A stretch of DNA of 64,000 nucleotides from Mustelus asterias (taxonomy: Eukaryota). Shown here in pieces: positions 1 to 11,728 of the stretch. Within the stretch, counting starts at the first letter, position 1. Each line of letters begins with the position of its first letter. The translations under genes were made by a program, and so were the position numbers. The stretch is from the NCBI RefSeq assembly GCF_964213995.1, contig NC_135825.1, forward strand, positions 12,896,001 through 12,960,000, read 5' to 3'. The notes below the pieces were generated by a model. The model had not been told where the DNA came from. It made no database searches and saw nothing but the letters and a program-made list of their open reading frames with translations.

Positions 1-99
1 CGGAGGAAACCCACGCAGACACGAGGAGAATGTGCAAACTCCACACAGACAGTGACCCGAGCCGGGAATCGAACCCTGGACCTTGGAGCTGTGAAAAAA

Positions 100-727
100 A
101 AGCGGGGACCTGGGGTGGAGGGTGATGCATGCAGCAGTTCCGCACAACCGTAGGGTTCACTGGTTCACGGGCTCCGAAGACTGCCCTTTCTGCGGCCTTG
201 TGGAGTCCGTGGACCACGTCTTTGTTGTGTGTCTTAGGCTGCACTCCCTTTATGTTTTCCTGAAGAACCTTTTGTTGATGTTTTGTCTGCACTTCAGTCC
301 CACGCTCCTGATCTACGGACACCCGGTGCGGAGAGGGGAGGGTCGGGATGGCGATCTCCTCGTGAACCTGCTCCTGGGCCTGGCGAAACGCGCCATTTAC
401 CGGTCCAGGCTGTGGGCGATCGAGGGGGCCGTCCATCCTGACTGTCTTCCCCTCTACCGCGGCTACGTTCGCGGCCAGGTGTCCCTGGAGAGGGAGCATG
501 CGGTGTCCACGGGCGAGGTTGACGCTTTCCGCGCCCGCTGGGCACCGCAGGGGTTGGGGTGCATCATTGACCCCAATAATCACATTTTAATTTGATGTTT
601 TTAAGTTTCCTTTGTACTTTGATTTCTGTTCTGGCTGTTCCCCCTCCTTTTTGGGGAGCTGCCCCTTTTACTTTGTCCGGATTTAATCTGAGTTTGTTTA
701 CTTGGTTTGGTTTGACCTAAAAAGAGA
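100..727 (+). mobile_element. Tx1-clade LINE 3' fragment inserted in a SINE
   Basis: ORF 122..595 with CPFCG..ESVDHVFVVC zinc finger and NLLLGLAKRAIY motif; the SINE halves flank it. Confidence 0.8.
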
Positions 728-754
728 GCAACAGTGCTAACCACTGTGCTACCG

Positions 755-1925
755 TGATGTGCCATTGTCCGACACAACCACTTCCGGAATGCCACGGATA
801 GCAGAGAATTTCCTCAATCGATCAATGGTGTCCGTGGCTGTTGGGGACTTCATCAACTGCATATCCAACTACAACTAACATATGGCCCAGAAATGGCCGG
901 CAAAATCTATATGTAACTTCGACCAAGGTTGACCAGGTCATTCCCAATGGTGGTGAAGCCCATTGAGCTTCGTAACTATGGCATTGACGAACCATCTGTT
1001 CTGTTTCCCTGCCAATGCCTGGTGAAAACACATATGCCTGGGGCCTTCATTCTACTTTGACCTCGATGAGAGTGGTGCAGTTCTTGTAACAGGAGTTAAA
1101 GTTAAAGTCACAAGTAGGCTCACATTCACACCAATGAAGTTACTGTGAAAATCTCCATGTCACCACAATCCGGCGCCCGTTTGGGTACACTGAGGGAGAA
1201 TTTAGCGTGGCCAATTCATCTAACCAGCACGTCTTTGGAGTGTGGGAGGAAACCAGAGCACCCGGAGGAAACCCACACAGACACGGGAAGAACATGCAGA
1301 CACGACTCAGACAGTGATCCAAGCCGGGAATCAAACCCTGGTCCCTGGCGCTGCGACACAGCAGTGCTAACCACTGTGCCACCGTACCTTCCTGGAGTCA
1401 TCTCCCCAGGGGTGGCACGAGAAACTCTAGCCACCCACAGCAACACCCCATCTTCACAGGTTATCTCCATCCTTCTACTTTGGTAGGGTTTGAGCTACTC
1501 TGACTTATATCGCCACCCTCGCATTACCATCTTCTTTACTTCTGACCATACCGGATCTCTTTTTTCCACAGTTTTATATGTTTCGCTGAGACTGGCAAGG
1601 TCTCTACCAGATGCAGAGCCAGTATAATCTCTTGAGGAACCGGTGGTGGTGCGACTGTTTGTGGCAAAGGCAACGGCTAATTGCATCTGCTCGTGATATC
1701 TGCGTTCCAGGGTGATGCTGAAACGTATAACTGTACGCTACAAACAAAGGAGCCCATCTCTGCATCCTTGCAGTGGCAATTAGTGGCACCGGCTTCTCTA
1801 AATAGACCTAACAATGGCTTGTGGTCTGAAACTATTGTAAAATGTTGCCCATAAATGACCAGCAAGTTTTCCTCATCTCTCTGGGAGTATTTCTTTTCCA
1901 CATTTGATCCTGTCTCTCTCTCACA
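755..1925 (-). mobile_element. Local duplicate of the Gypsy plus SINE block at 5370-6540
   Basis: Near-identical sequence and ORFs (822..1031 vs 5437..5646; 1145..1486 vs 5760..6101). Confidence 0.9.
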
Positions 1926-2241
1926 CACACACTCTCCCCCTCACTCTCTCTCACTCTCTCGCTCACAAACTTTCTCTCACTCACAAACTTTCTCTCACTC
2001 TCACTACCACACACACACACTCTATCTGTCTCTTATTCTCTCTCGCAATCACACAAGCACTCTACCTTTCTCTCACTCTCTCTCACTCTCTCCACACACA
2101 CACACGCACACACACACACTCTCCTTCTCACTCTCCTCCAACCGCTCCACACACACATGCACACACTCTCTCTCTCTCTCTCTCTCTCACTTACTCTCCC
2201 CCTCACACACACACTCTCTCTCACTCCTGCGCACACATACA

Positions 2242-2272
<31 letters not shown>
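1913..2272. repeat. Compound (CA)n/(CT)n microsatellite; similar tracts at 6530-6812, 41842-42195, 42743-42950 and 47363-47540
   Basis: Read directly. Confidence 0.95.
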
Positions 2273-2273
<1 letters not shown>

Positions 2274-2789
2274 GCAGTCACCCTCTTCCACCCTCCATCC
2301 TGTCCTAGGACTTTGCTCAACAGAGTCTCACTCTTGGGCCTTGTGGCCATCTCTCCTCCCCAGGGTCTCCTCACGCTTGTCCCCGGGCCCAGTTTGGAGA
2401 TGCTGGAGTTGGGTTCCGGTGCACTCTGTTAGCAACACCCCACTAGTGGAAGGGCAGGTTGAGACGCAGTTGTGCGATTCTTGGGGACAGCACGGTGGCA
2501 CAGTGGTTAGCACTGCTGCCTCACAGCACCAGGGACCTGGGGTCAATTCCTGGCTTGGCTCACTGTCTGTGCAGAGTCTGCACATTCTCCCCGTCACTGT
2601 GTGGGTGTCCTCTGGGTGCTCTGGTTTCCTCCCACAGACCAAAAGACGTGCTGGTTAGGTGCATTGGCCATGCTTAATTCTCCCTCAGTGCACCCAAGCA
2701 GGTGCCGGAGTGTGGCGACTCGGGGATTTTCACAGTAACTTCGTTGCAGTGTTAATATAAGCCTACCTGTGATAATAAAATAAATAAAT

Positions 2790-3210
2790 AAAATTGGAGT
2801 ATTAATTAGAGAAATGAGGAGTTCCACTGAACCTTTACTAATCACTGATTAGGTCTCTGCTGGAGTATTGGGTTCAATTCTGGGCACCACACTCGAGGAA
2901 GGAGGTCAAGGCCCTGGCAAGGGCACAGAGCAGATTTACCAGGATGATGCCAAGGATGAGGGTGTTTGGTTATGTGGACCGATTGGAGAAACAGGGATTA
3001 TTGTTCTTGAAACAGAAAATATTAAAGAGAAACCGAATCAATGTATTGAAAATGAGGAAGGGATTTAAAAGGCAGCTGGACATGTGTTTGGAGGGGATTA
3101 ATGTGCAGGGTTGTGGGGGAAGCTGGGCCGTGGGATTCAATTGGACAATAAATTTCCAAAGAGCTAGCACAGTCATGATAGGCCGAATGTCCTCCTTCTC
3201 TGCTTTAAGA
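2790..3210 (+). mobile_element. Old CR1 fragment upstream of the D1 exon (longer version at ~43140-44070)
   Basis: Degenerate CR1 ORF2 C-terminus (RFTRMMP..LEKQGL..FKRQLD). Confidence 0.7.
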
Positions 3211-3346
3211 TTCTTGATTCCAGTCCCACCCAGGACTTGTGTGTGTCCCCTTGTGAAGCACTGGCTAGCATTGGACCAAAAGGATTGTCTACAATTGGTT
3301 GTTGGGATATTTCCAGCTTTCTTAAAATGGTATGTTTCACCAACAG

Positions 3347-3673
3347 TTTTATGGACACAAACTGCCTCGATAGTGATGAAAGCTGCAGTGGGAGAAACCA
3401 TCACTGTGGAATGTCCACAGGCAACACAGCACAAACACCGAGAAATCTGGTGGTGTAAGAAAACTTCTGAAATTCGTTGCAATCAGATATCGAGCATTGA
3501 CGGAGACAGAGTCTGGAATGATGATGCAAGAACATCGATCGCTAATACCAACGGTAACATTGCTCTAACCATACACCGACTTGAGGAGACAGACACAGGA
3601 ATATACTGGTGTGGACCTCTATATCAAAACACTCTCCGTGCTTTAGATGTTGTCATACTGAAGGTTTTCTCAG
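3347..3673 (+). CDS. Receptor gene copy 1, IgV domain D1 exon, CD300/pIgR-like
   Basis: Part of ORF 2944..3696; caacag| and G|GTAAGA sites; GETITVEC, WWCKKTSEIRC and DTGIYWC motifs. Confidence 0.92.
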
Positions 3674-4210
3674 GTAAGAATATTTCAGAAGATTGATTAT
3701 AGCTCTGATAATGTGATCTGGCTGCAATAACACAAGACAGCTGCTGTGTGCTGTGTGAACTCAGATTAATAAAGTATTATCACAACTCCTCATGTACAAG
3801 TAGTGACCTCCCATATTCCCATTTCTATCATTTTCCATTAACCTATTTCCACATCCCTTCCATTTATACTCTTCCAAACCAAAAATCATATTCCGCCCAA
3901 GCCTCTTTTATTGATACTTTTATGAAAAGTGAGTGTCGAGAACTGCACTTATAGTCCATCCCTAATTATCCTTGAACTGCCTTCTTGAATCACTGCAGCT
4001 CACGAGGTGTACGTACACCCACAGTGCTGTTAGGGAGGAAGTTCCAGGATTGAGCCAGTGACAGTGAAGGAACGGCGATATATTTCCCAGTCTGGATGGT
4101 GTGTGTTTTGGAGGGGAGCTTGTAAGTGGTGGTGTTCCCATGCACCTGCTTCCCTCCTCCTTCTAGGTGTTAGATGTTGCAGGTTTGGAAGGAGATTTAA
4201 ATCATTGCTT

Positions 4211-6495
4211 TGTAATAGATCGAGGGCGACTCGATCTGGATTGAATCAATTAAGGCTTTATTGCCAACAATAAGAGTATACCTATATATACAATAAGAGT
4301 ATACCTATATATACATATACATATACAGGTCAGACTGAATTACAATGCGAATCTACTACTCGGCTCCAACTGCAAAACGTTCCTTCATCCGTGGTTCGCA
4401 ACCTCTTGCCGATTGGCTCAGCTTCCCACCTTGACAATCCACAGCGCCTGACCCAATCACATGGCCCTCTAAACACTCCCCCACCCCAATTAAAGGGCCA
4501 CAATCATTCCCCCTAAAATCCGAAATACAACTATGGAGGAATAAAGAACAGGATTAGTGTTAAAGCGAAAAGAGTAACAGAAATGGAAAACTCATTAAAG
4601 GTTTAATCAGTCCAGAGGATTCCGGTCTCTGGCAGAGCGCCTCAGTTCAGTGGTTTGCTCTCCGAAGTTTAAAGGGCCAGACGGGACAGATGGGAAAGGC
4701 AGACTCATCAATCCAGGGTCTGGTGGCTCTTCAGCAGCTTCTGGTTCCTCAGTCTCCACAACCAGCGGTTGCTGCGCTCCCACATTCTCCACCAAAATCC
4801 CAGTAACCAACCCCGGCAAAGTTCAACCAACTGCAGGGGGCACCTGTTGATCCTCTGCGTCCATCACTCTCTCCTCCTTCGATGGTCTACCTGTTTCCTG
4901 AGCTGACAGCTTTGTATCTCCACAACATCGGAGACCGGTCCTGTTCTCTCCACAATTTTACCAGCCACCCAGGACGGGCCTGGTGTAAAATATCTGACCA
5001 AGACTGCACCCCCACTTGAAACACTCTGTTTCCTTTTCTTGAATCACAGTTTTCCTTCTGAAAGACTAACCTAGCCTGCACACTCCCTGGCGAATTTGGA
5101 AACATCATGTCCAGTTGTGTTCTGAACTCGCATCCCATCAGCAACTCTGCTGGAATAACCCCTGTGGTCACGTTTGGGGTGGGGTTATAAGACAACAAAA
5201 AACTGTCCATACAAAAAGGAAGAGAACAGTTTACTTGTTTTATTATTGATGATTTGAATGTTTGTACCACACTCTCCACTGGTCCATTTGAGGCTGCGTG
5301 GGAAGGTGTTGATCTCACATGGTGAATGCCATTGGGCTTGAGGAATTTTTGGAATTCTTCCACAGTGAATGATGTGCCATTGTCCGACACAACTACTTCC
5401 GGAATGCCATGGATAGCAGAGAATTTCCTCAATCCATCAATGGTGTCCGTGGCTGTTGGGGACTTCATCAACTGCATATCCAACTACAACTAACATATGG
5501 CCCAGAAATGGCCGGCAAAATCTATATGTAACTTCGACCAAGGTTGACCAGGTCATTCCCAATGGTGGTGAAGCCCATTGAGCTTCGTAACTATGGCATT
5601 GATGAACCATCCGTTCTGTTTCCCTGCCAATTCCTGGTGAAAACACATATACCTGGAGCCTTCATTCTACTTTGACCTCGATGAGAGTGGTGCAGTTCTT
5701 CTAACAGGAGTTAAAGTTAAAGTCACAAGTAGGCTCACATTCACACCAATGAAGTTACTGTGAAAATCTCCATGTCACCACAATCCGGCGCCCGTTCGGG
5801 TACACTGAGGGAGAATTTAGCGTGGCCAATTCATCTAACCAGCACGTCTTTGGAGTGTGGGAGGAAATCAGAGCACCCGGAGGAAACCCACACAGACACG
5901 GGAAGAACATGCAGACACGACTCAGACAGTGATCCAAGCTGGGAATCAAACCTTGGTCCCTGGCGCTGCGACGCAGCAGTGCTAACCACTGTGCCACCAT
6001 ACCTTCCTGGAGTCATCTCCCCAGGGGTGGCACGAGAAACTCTAGCCACCCACAGCAACACCCCATCTTCACAGGTTATCTCCATCCTTCTACTTTGGTA
6101 GGGTTTGAGCTACTCTGACTGATATCACCACCCTCGCATTACCATCTTCTTTACTTCTGACCATACCGGCTCTCTTTTTTCCACAGTTTTATATGTTTCG
6201 CTGAGACTGGCAAGGTCTCTACCAGATGCAGAGCCAGTATAATCTCTTGAGGAACCGGTGGTGGTGCGACTGTTTGTGGCAAAGGCAACGGCTAATTGCA
6301 TCTGCTCGTGATATCTGCGTTCCAGGGTGATGCTGAAACGTATAACTGTACGCTGCAAACAAAGGAGCCCATCTCTGCATCCTTGCAGAGGCAATTAGTG
6401 GCACCGGCTTCTCTAACTAGACCTAACAATGGCTTGTGGCCTGAAACTATTGTAAAATGTCGCCCATAAATGACCAGCAAGTTTTCCTCATCCCT
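4211..6495 (-). mobile_element. Gypsy-type LTR retrotransposon remnant (RNase H-like region, integrase, probable LTR ~4211-4530), interrupted by a SINE
   Basis: HGIPEVVVSDNGTSFT..NGPVESVVQTFK..TTGVIPAELLMG; ASARMQRWA..HHPG..ADAISR. Confidence 0.85.
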
Positions 6496-6814
6496 CTGGA
6501 AGGATTTCTTTTCCACATTTGATCATGTCCCTCTCTCACACACACACTCTCCCCCTCACTCTCTCACACTCTCTCTCTCACATTCTCTCTCTCATTCTCT
6601 CGCTCACACACCTTCTCCCACTCTCACTCCCACACACACACACACTCTATCTCTCTCTTATTCTTTCTCCCAATTACACACACACTCTAACTTTCTCTCA
6701 CTCACTCTCACTCTCACTCTCTCTATACACACACACACACACACACTCCTTCTCACTCTCTCCCCACCCCCCACACACTCATGCACACACTCTCTCTCTC
6801 TCTCTCTCACACGC

Positions 6815-7762
6815 TTACAGAACAAAGAGATCGAGGGGTACATGTTCATAGCTCCTTGAAAGTGGAGTCACAGGTGGACAGAGTGGTGAAGAAGGCATTC
6901 GGCATGCTTGGTTCCATCAGTCAGAACATTGAATACAGGAGTTGGGACGTCTTGTTAAAGTTGTACAAAACATTGGTAAGGCCACACTTGGAATGCTGTG
7001 TGCAATTCTGGTCACCCTATTATAGAAAGGGTATTATTAAACTAGAAAGAGTGCAGAAAACTGCACTATAAGTGCAGTTCTCGACACTCACTTTTCATAA
7101 AAGTATCAATAAAAGAGGCTTGGGCGGAATATGATTTTTGGTTTGTAAGAGTATAAATGGAAGGGATTTGGAAATAGGTTAATGGAAAATGATAGAAATG
7201 GGAATATGGGAGGTCACTACTTGTACATGAGGAGTTGTGATAATACTTTATTAATCTGAGTTCACACAGCACACAGCAGCTGTCCTGTGTTATTTTCTGG
7301 GATGCTACCGGGACTTAATGAATTGAGTTATAAGGAGAGGCTGAATAGACTGGGACTGTTTTCTCTGGAGCGTAGGAGGCTGAGGGGTGATCTTATAGAG
7401 GTCTATAAAATAATGAGGGGCATAGACAAGGTAGATAGTCAATATCTTTTCCCAAAGGTAGGGGAGTCTAAAACTAGAGGGCATAGGTTTAAGGTGAGAG
7501 GGGAGAGATACAAAAGTGTCCAGAGGGGCACTTTTTTCACACAGAGGGTGGTGAGTGTCTGGAACAAGCTGCCAGAGGTAGTAGTAGAGGCGGGTACAAT
7601 TTTATCTTTTAAAAAGCATTTAGATAGTTACATGGGTACGATGGGTATAGAGGGATATGGGCCAAATGCGGGCAATTGGTATTAGTTTAGGGGATTTTTT
7701 AAAAAAGGGCGGCATGGACAAGTTGGGCTAAAGGGCCTGTTTCCATGCTGTAAACCTCTATG
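6815..7762 (+). mobile_element. CR1 LINE 3' fragment (copy at ~47545-48490), interrupted by an inverted insert
   Basis: LYKTLVRPHLEC CVQFWSPYY..LERVQK; LGLFSLERRRLRGDLIEVYKIM. Confidence 0.92.
7065..7294 (-). repeat. Inverted copy of intron sequence 3726-3955 (also 47792-48021 vs 44583-44812)
   Basis: Near-identical 68-aa pseudo-ORF on opposite strands (3748..3954 + and 7066..7272 -). Confidence 0.92.
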
Positions 7763-8491
7763 ACTCTCCCTCTCACACACAAACACACACACAGTCGTCA
7801 TTCTCTTCCACCCTCCATCCCAGCCTAGGGCTTTGCCCAACAGAGTCTCATTCCTGGGCCTTGTGGCCAACTCTCCTCCCCAGGCCTCCTCAAACTTGTC
7901 CGCAGGCCCAGTCTGGAGATGCTGGAGTTGGGTTCCGGTGCATTCTGACAGCAACACCCCACTGGTGGAAGGGCAGGTTGAGAGGCAGTTGTGGGATTCT
8001 TGAGGACGGCACAGTGGCACAGTGGTTAGCCTCACAGCACCAGGGACCTGGGTTTGATTCCAGGCTTGGGTCACTGTCTATGTGGAGTTTGCACATTCAC
8101 CCCGTGTCTGTTTGGGTTTTCTCCGGGTGTTCCGTTTTCCTCCCACAGACCGAAAGATGTGCTGGTTAGGTGCATTGGCTTTCTAGTTTAATAATATCCT
8201 TTCAATAATAGGGTGACCAGAATTGCACACAGTATTCCAAATGTGGCCTTACCAATGTTTTGGTATGACTCCCCCATTCCCCAACCAACCTCCACCTTAA
8301 ACAAATCTATCAGCAAAATCCAGCTTGTTGTTACCACTCGATACCAGGAGGGTGATCCAGTCTGGAAAGTGCCTGCCTGGTTCAGCGAAGACAGATAAAC
8401 TGCCTGTCTGAAGGTTTCTGCATTAAGTTAACTGTAAGACTTTAGAAGTGGCCTCTCTTATTAGCAAGCTTGCTGTGAGATGTTACCCTGG

Positions 8492-8591
8492 CCTTCTTGT
8501 GACATGTTAAAACCGACCTTCCTGTGATATGTTAAAAATGGCCTTCCTGTCACATGTTAAAACCGACCTTCCTGTGACGTGTTAAAACTGG
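8492..8591. repeat. Four tandem 25-bp units CCTTCCTGTGACATGTTAAAA(CCGA/ATGG); copy at ~49219-49318
   Basis: Read directly; units alternate in a 50-bp dimer. Confidence 0.85.
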
Positions 8592-10845
8592 CCTCTCTGC
8601 TTCTGCGGGAGTTGGCAATTATACCCTGGCTATCTTTGATTCTGCTCACTGTTTTCTGAACTGTCTGCCTCTCCCACATTCCTTGACCCTCGAAAATTAG
8701 GATCTGTATGCCACCCCTGATGCTACAGATATCTCGCGAAACCACTTCCTGATAACAGGGCCATTTACGTCTGAACTTATCTAGATGGTTGCTAGGGAAC
8801 ACATCTCATCAGCCCATTTGAATGTGGGTTCCTGCTGTTGCCAGGCAGATTCTTCCTATTTTGCGAAGGGCACTGCCCCCGACCACCCAGGAGGCTTCAA
8901 TGGTCTCCACTCCCACTGCCGAGGCAATCACATCTGGTACCTGTTGCTGGGGAACCGTACGTGATCCTCGCAAGTAAGGACCTCGACTGCTGGCAAGGTA
9001 AGGGCAAGTGAACCCAGACAATAGCGTGTGGTACTCACTAATTACTCAAGCACTCTCAAAGATTCCTCTCACGCCGCCCTCCCCCCTCCTCAACCCCCCA
9101 TCCAGACACCACTCCCCCACTCCTGGATTGCACCAGTCTTCTTTCCTCATAAGGGCCATGGGCCCAGTGCAGGAAGGTGGGATTACAAAGTGAACCTGGG
9201 TGTCCTCGGGCTGGCATGGACAAGATGGGCCAAATGACCTACTTCTGAGCTGTAATTTTTCGATGGTTCTGTCCTACCCCTGTTTCCCACTTCCTCCTCC
9301 CTCTACCCCCCCTCTCCTCCACCCCACTCTTCTGCTCTCCTCTCGCCATCCCCCACTCTACGCCCAGGGCCACCGAGACTCACTCCTCCAATCCTGAATA
9401 CAGCATAATAGTAATGCATACATTAATAAAATGAACTAAGAACTAATGGGGATCTGATGGTGGTTTTGAACACCTGGACTGATAGCTTTTTTGGACTAAA
9501 TAAAAATAAATAAATTCAGGTTTTATTTAATTCATTTCCTTGTGTTTTGATGCAGGTTTTCTGAGCGAATTCGATGCCTTTGATCACATTTGATGTCAAA
9601 TGACAGTTGATCATTTTTAGCTCAAAAATAATGTCAACATTTTCTTGTAGCTTTTGATCTCAATGGGTGAGATTTCAACATTCTAGAATTTACCAGTGAC
9701 CAGAATCTGAACTGGACTAGCCATGTAAACACTGTGGCTACTGGAGTAGGTCAAAGGCTAGGAATCCTGAGGCGAGTAACCCACCACCTGACTTTTCAAG
9801 GCTGACCATAGAACCACAGAAATGATACAGCACAGAAGGGGGCCATTCAGCCCATCTTGTCCATGCTGAGCCAAAGACACTCAAGTGCCCTTTCTAATCC
9901 CATATTCATGCACACGGCCCATAGCCTGTAGCTTACAGGACTTAAGGTGCAGATCTGCCTCCACCACCAACTCAGGCACTGAATTCCATACCCACCATTG
10001 AGTGGGTATGGAAGTCAGGAAAGAGATGGAATACTCTCCATTTGTTTGGATGTGTGTAGCACCAACACTTAAGAAGCTCAACACTGTCCAGGACAAAACA
10101 GCCCACTTGATTGCTATCCCTTCCACAAAAAAACTCAATCCCTCCCCCATCAATGAACAGTGACAGTGTACCATCTACAAGATGCACTGCATGAACTTAC
10201 CAAGACTCCTTAGGCAGCACCTTCCAAACCCACGACCACCACCATCTAGAAGGACAAGAGTAACAAAAACCTGGGAACACCTTTCACCTGGAGGCTCCCC
10301 TCCAAGCCACTCAGCATCCTAATTTGGAAATGTATTGCTGTTCCTTTACTATCGCTGTGTCAAAGTCCTGGAATTCTCACCCTAACAGCACAGTGGGTAT
10401 ACTTTGCAATGAAGATTCAAACTCTATTTGACCTACAAGTAACAAACTCATGTTGCTTGTAAGTCTTTCATGTTCATCCAAAACTAGACCCAGTTCCTGT
10501 AGAACAGGCCTGGAGTTGGATACCATCCATCAACTTTGAAAATTCACCCAGACATGCTGAGCAATTTCATTGCAGCTGCAGAAAATAGAAATGGTTTTTA
10601 TTAACCTTAGACCCAGACACCTCTGAAATTTTAAATGAAGTGTTTAGAATGAGCAAGAATTGAATACAGGAGCGTTTAACAATTACACTGCATTTTATGA
10701 CTATAATCCTTTTCGTACTTTAAAAACAGAAAATATTGTTGACATTTTCAATGTTTGGTTAATTTATCATGTTTTGGGCAATGAAAAATGTTCAGTTTTT
10801 CACCATTTTGAACTTTTCAAAACTCTTTTTCTCATTTATCAACAG

Positions 10846-11172
10846 GTAGATGGGAACCAATCCTATCAGAGGTCAGTGGTGTTGTGGGAAATGCCGCCAT
10901 TATACCGTGTCTGTTCACGGAGAAGGAGAGACTCTATCAGAAATTCTTGTGTAAAGCAACCTCTGTAAATAAATGTATTATTATTGCCAGCTCTAATGGA
11001 GTTCCAGAGAATCGGAATAACGGGAACGTTTCAATCACTATTGATAATTCTTATAATTTTATCGTTACCATGAATAACATAGACAAAGGCAATGAAGGAG
11101 AGTATTGGTGTGGAGCAGAAAAAATCAATGACATAAAGATCGTAGCGATCAGAAACTTGACAATTACTGAAG
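10846..11172 (+). CDS. Copy 1 IgV domain D2 exon
   Basis: Part of ORF 10884..11417; canonical AG/GT, 327 nt, B-strand Cys, Cx7C, EGEYWC. Confidence 0.92.
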
Positions 11173-11662
11173 GTAAGGATCAATATAAAATTATTATAAT
11201 TCAATCAGTATTGTATAAAACTCACAAAACAATAACAGAGGCTGGCATGGTGGTGCAGTGGTTTGCACTGCTGCCTCACAGCACCAGGGACCCGGGTTCC
11301 ATTCCAGCCTCGGGTCACTGTCTGTGTGGAGTTTGCACATTCTCCCAGTGTCTGTGTGGGTTTCCTCCGGGTGCTCCGGTTTCCTCCCACACTCCAAAGA
11401 TGTGCGGGTTAGGTTGATTGGCCATGCTAAATTGACCCAAGCGTCAGGGGCATTACCAGGGTTAATATAGGTTACGGGAATAGGGCCTCGGTGGGATTGT
11501 AGTCAGTACAGACTCGATGGGCCAAATGGCCTCCTTCTGTCCTGTAGGGATTCTATGATTCTTTGAACAATTGGTCAATGCTGTTGTTCATGTTTTACAC
11601 AAGGCTATCACCCTATTTCATCTCAATCTTGCAGCATATCCTTCTATTCTTTTCCCCCTCAG

Positions 11663-11728
11663 TAAGTTCCTCTCGATTCACCCGAAAAGTATCGACAATA
11701 TTTGGCACAACTGCACCTTATGGTGCAG
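11663..11728 (+). CDS. Copy 1 predicted Ser/Thr stalk exon (VSSSRFTRKVSTIFGTTAPYGA)
   Basis: ttcttttccccctcag| acceptor, G|GTAAAC donor, 66 nt phase 1-1; lies within an antisense CR1 remnant. Confidence 0.55.

Noticed and set aside
1855-2658. Long His/Thr/Ser/Leu-rich ORFs here and at 6470-6859 and 41036-43116
   Set aside because: Translations of (CA)n/(CT)n microsatellites and N gaps, not genes
3347-3673. Rearranging Ig/TCR V segment or NAR gene
   Set aside because: The exon encodes a complete domain including the G strand and ends in a splice donor; no heptamer/nonamer RSS, no FGxG J motif, no C1 exons
8492-8591. CRISPR-like array
   Set aside because: Contiguous tandem units without unique spacers, in eukaryotic DNA
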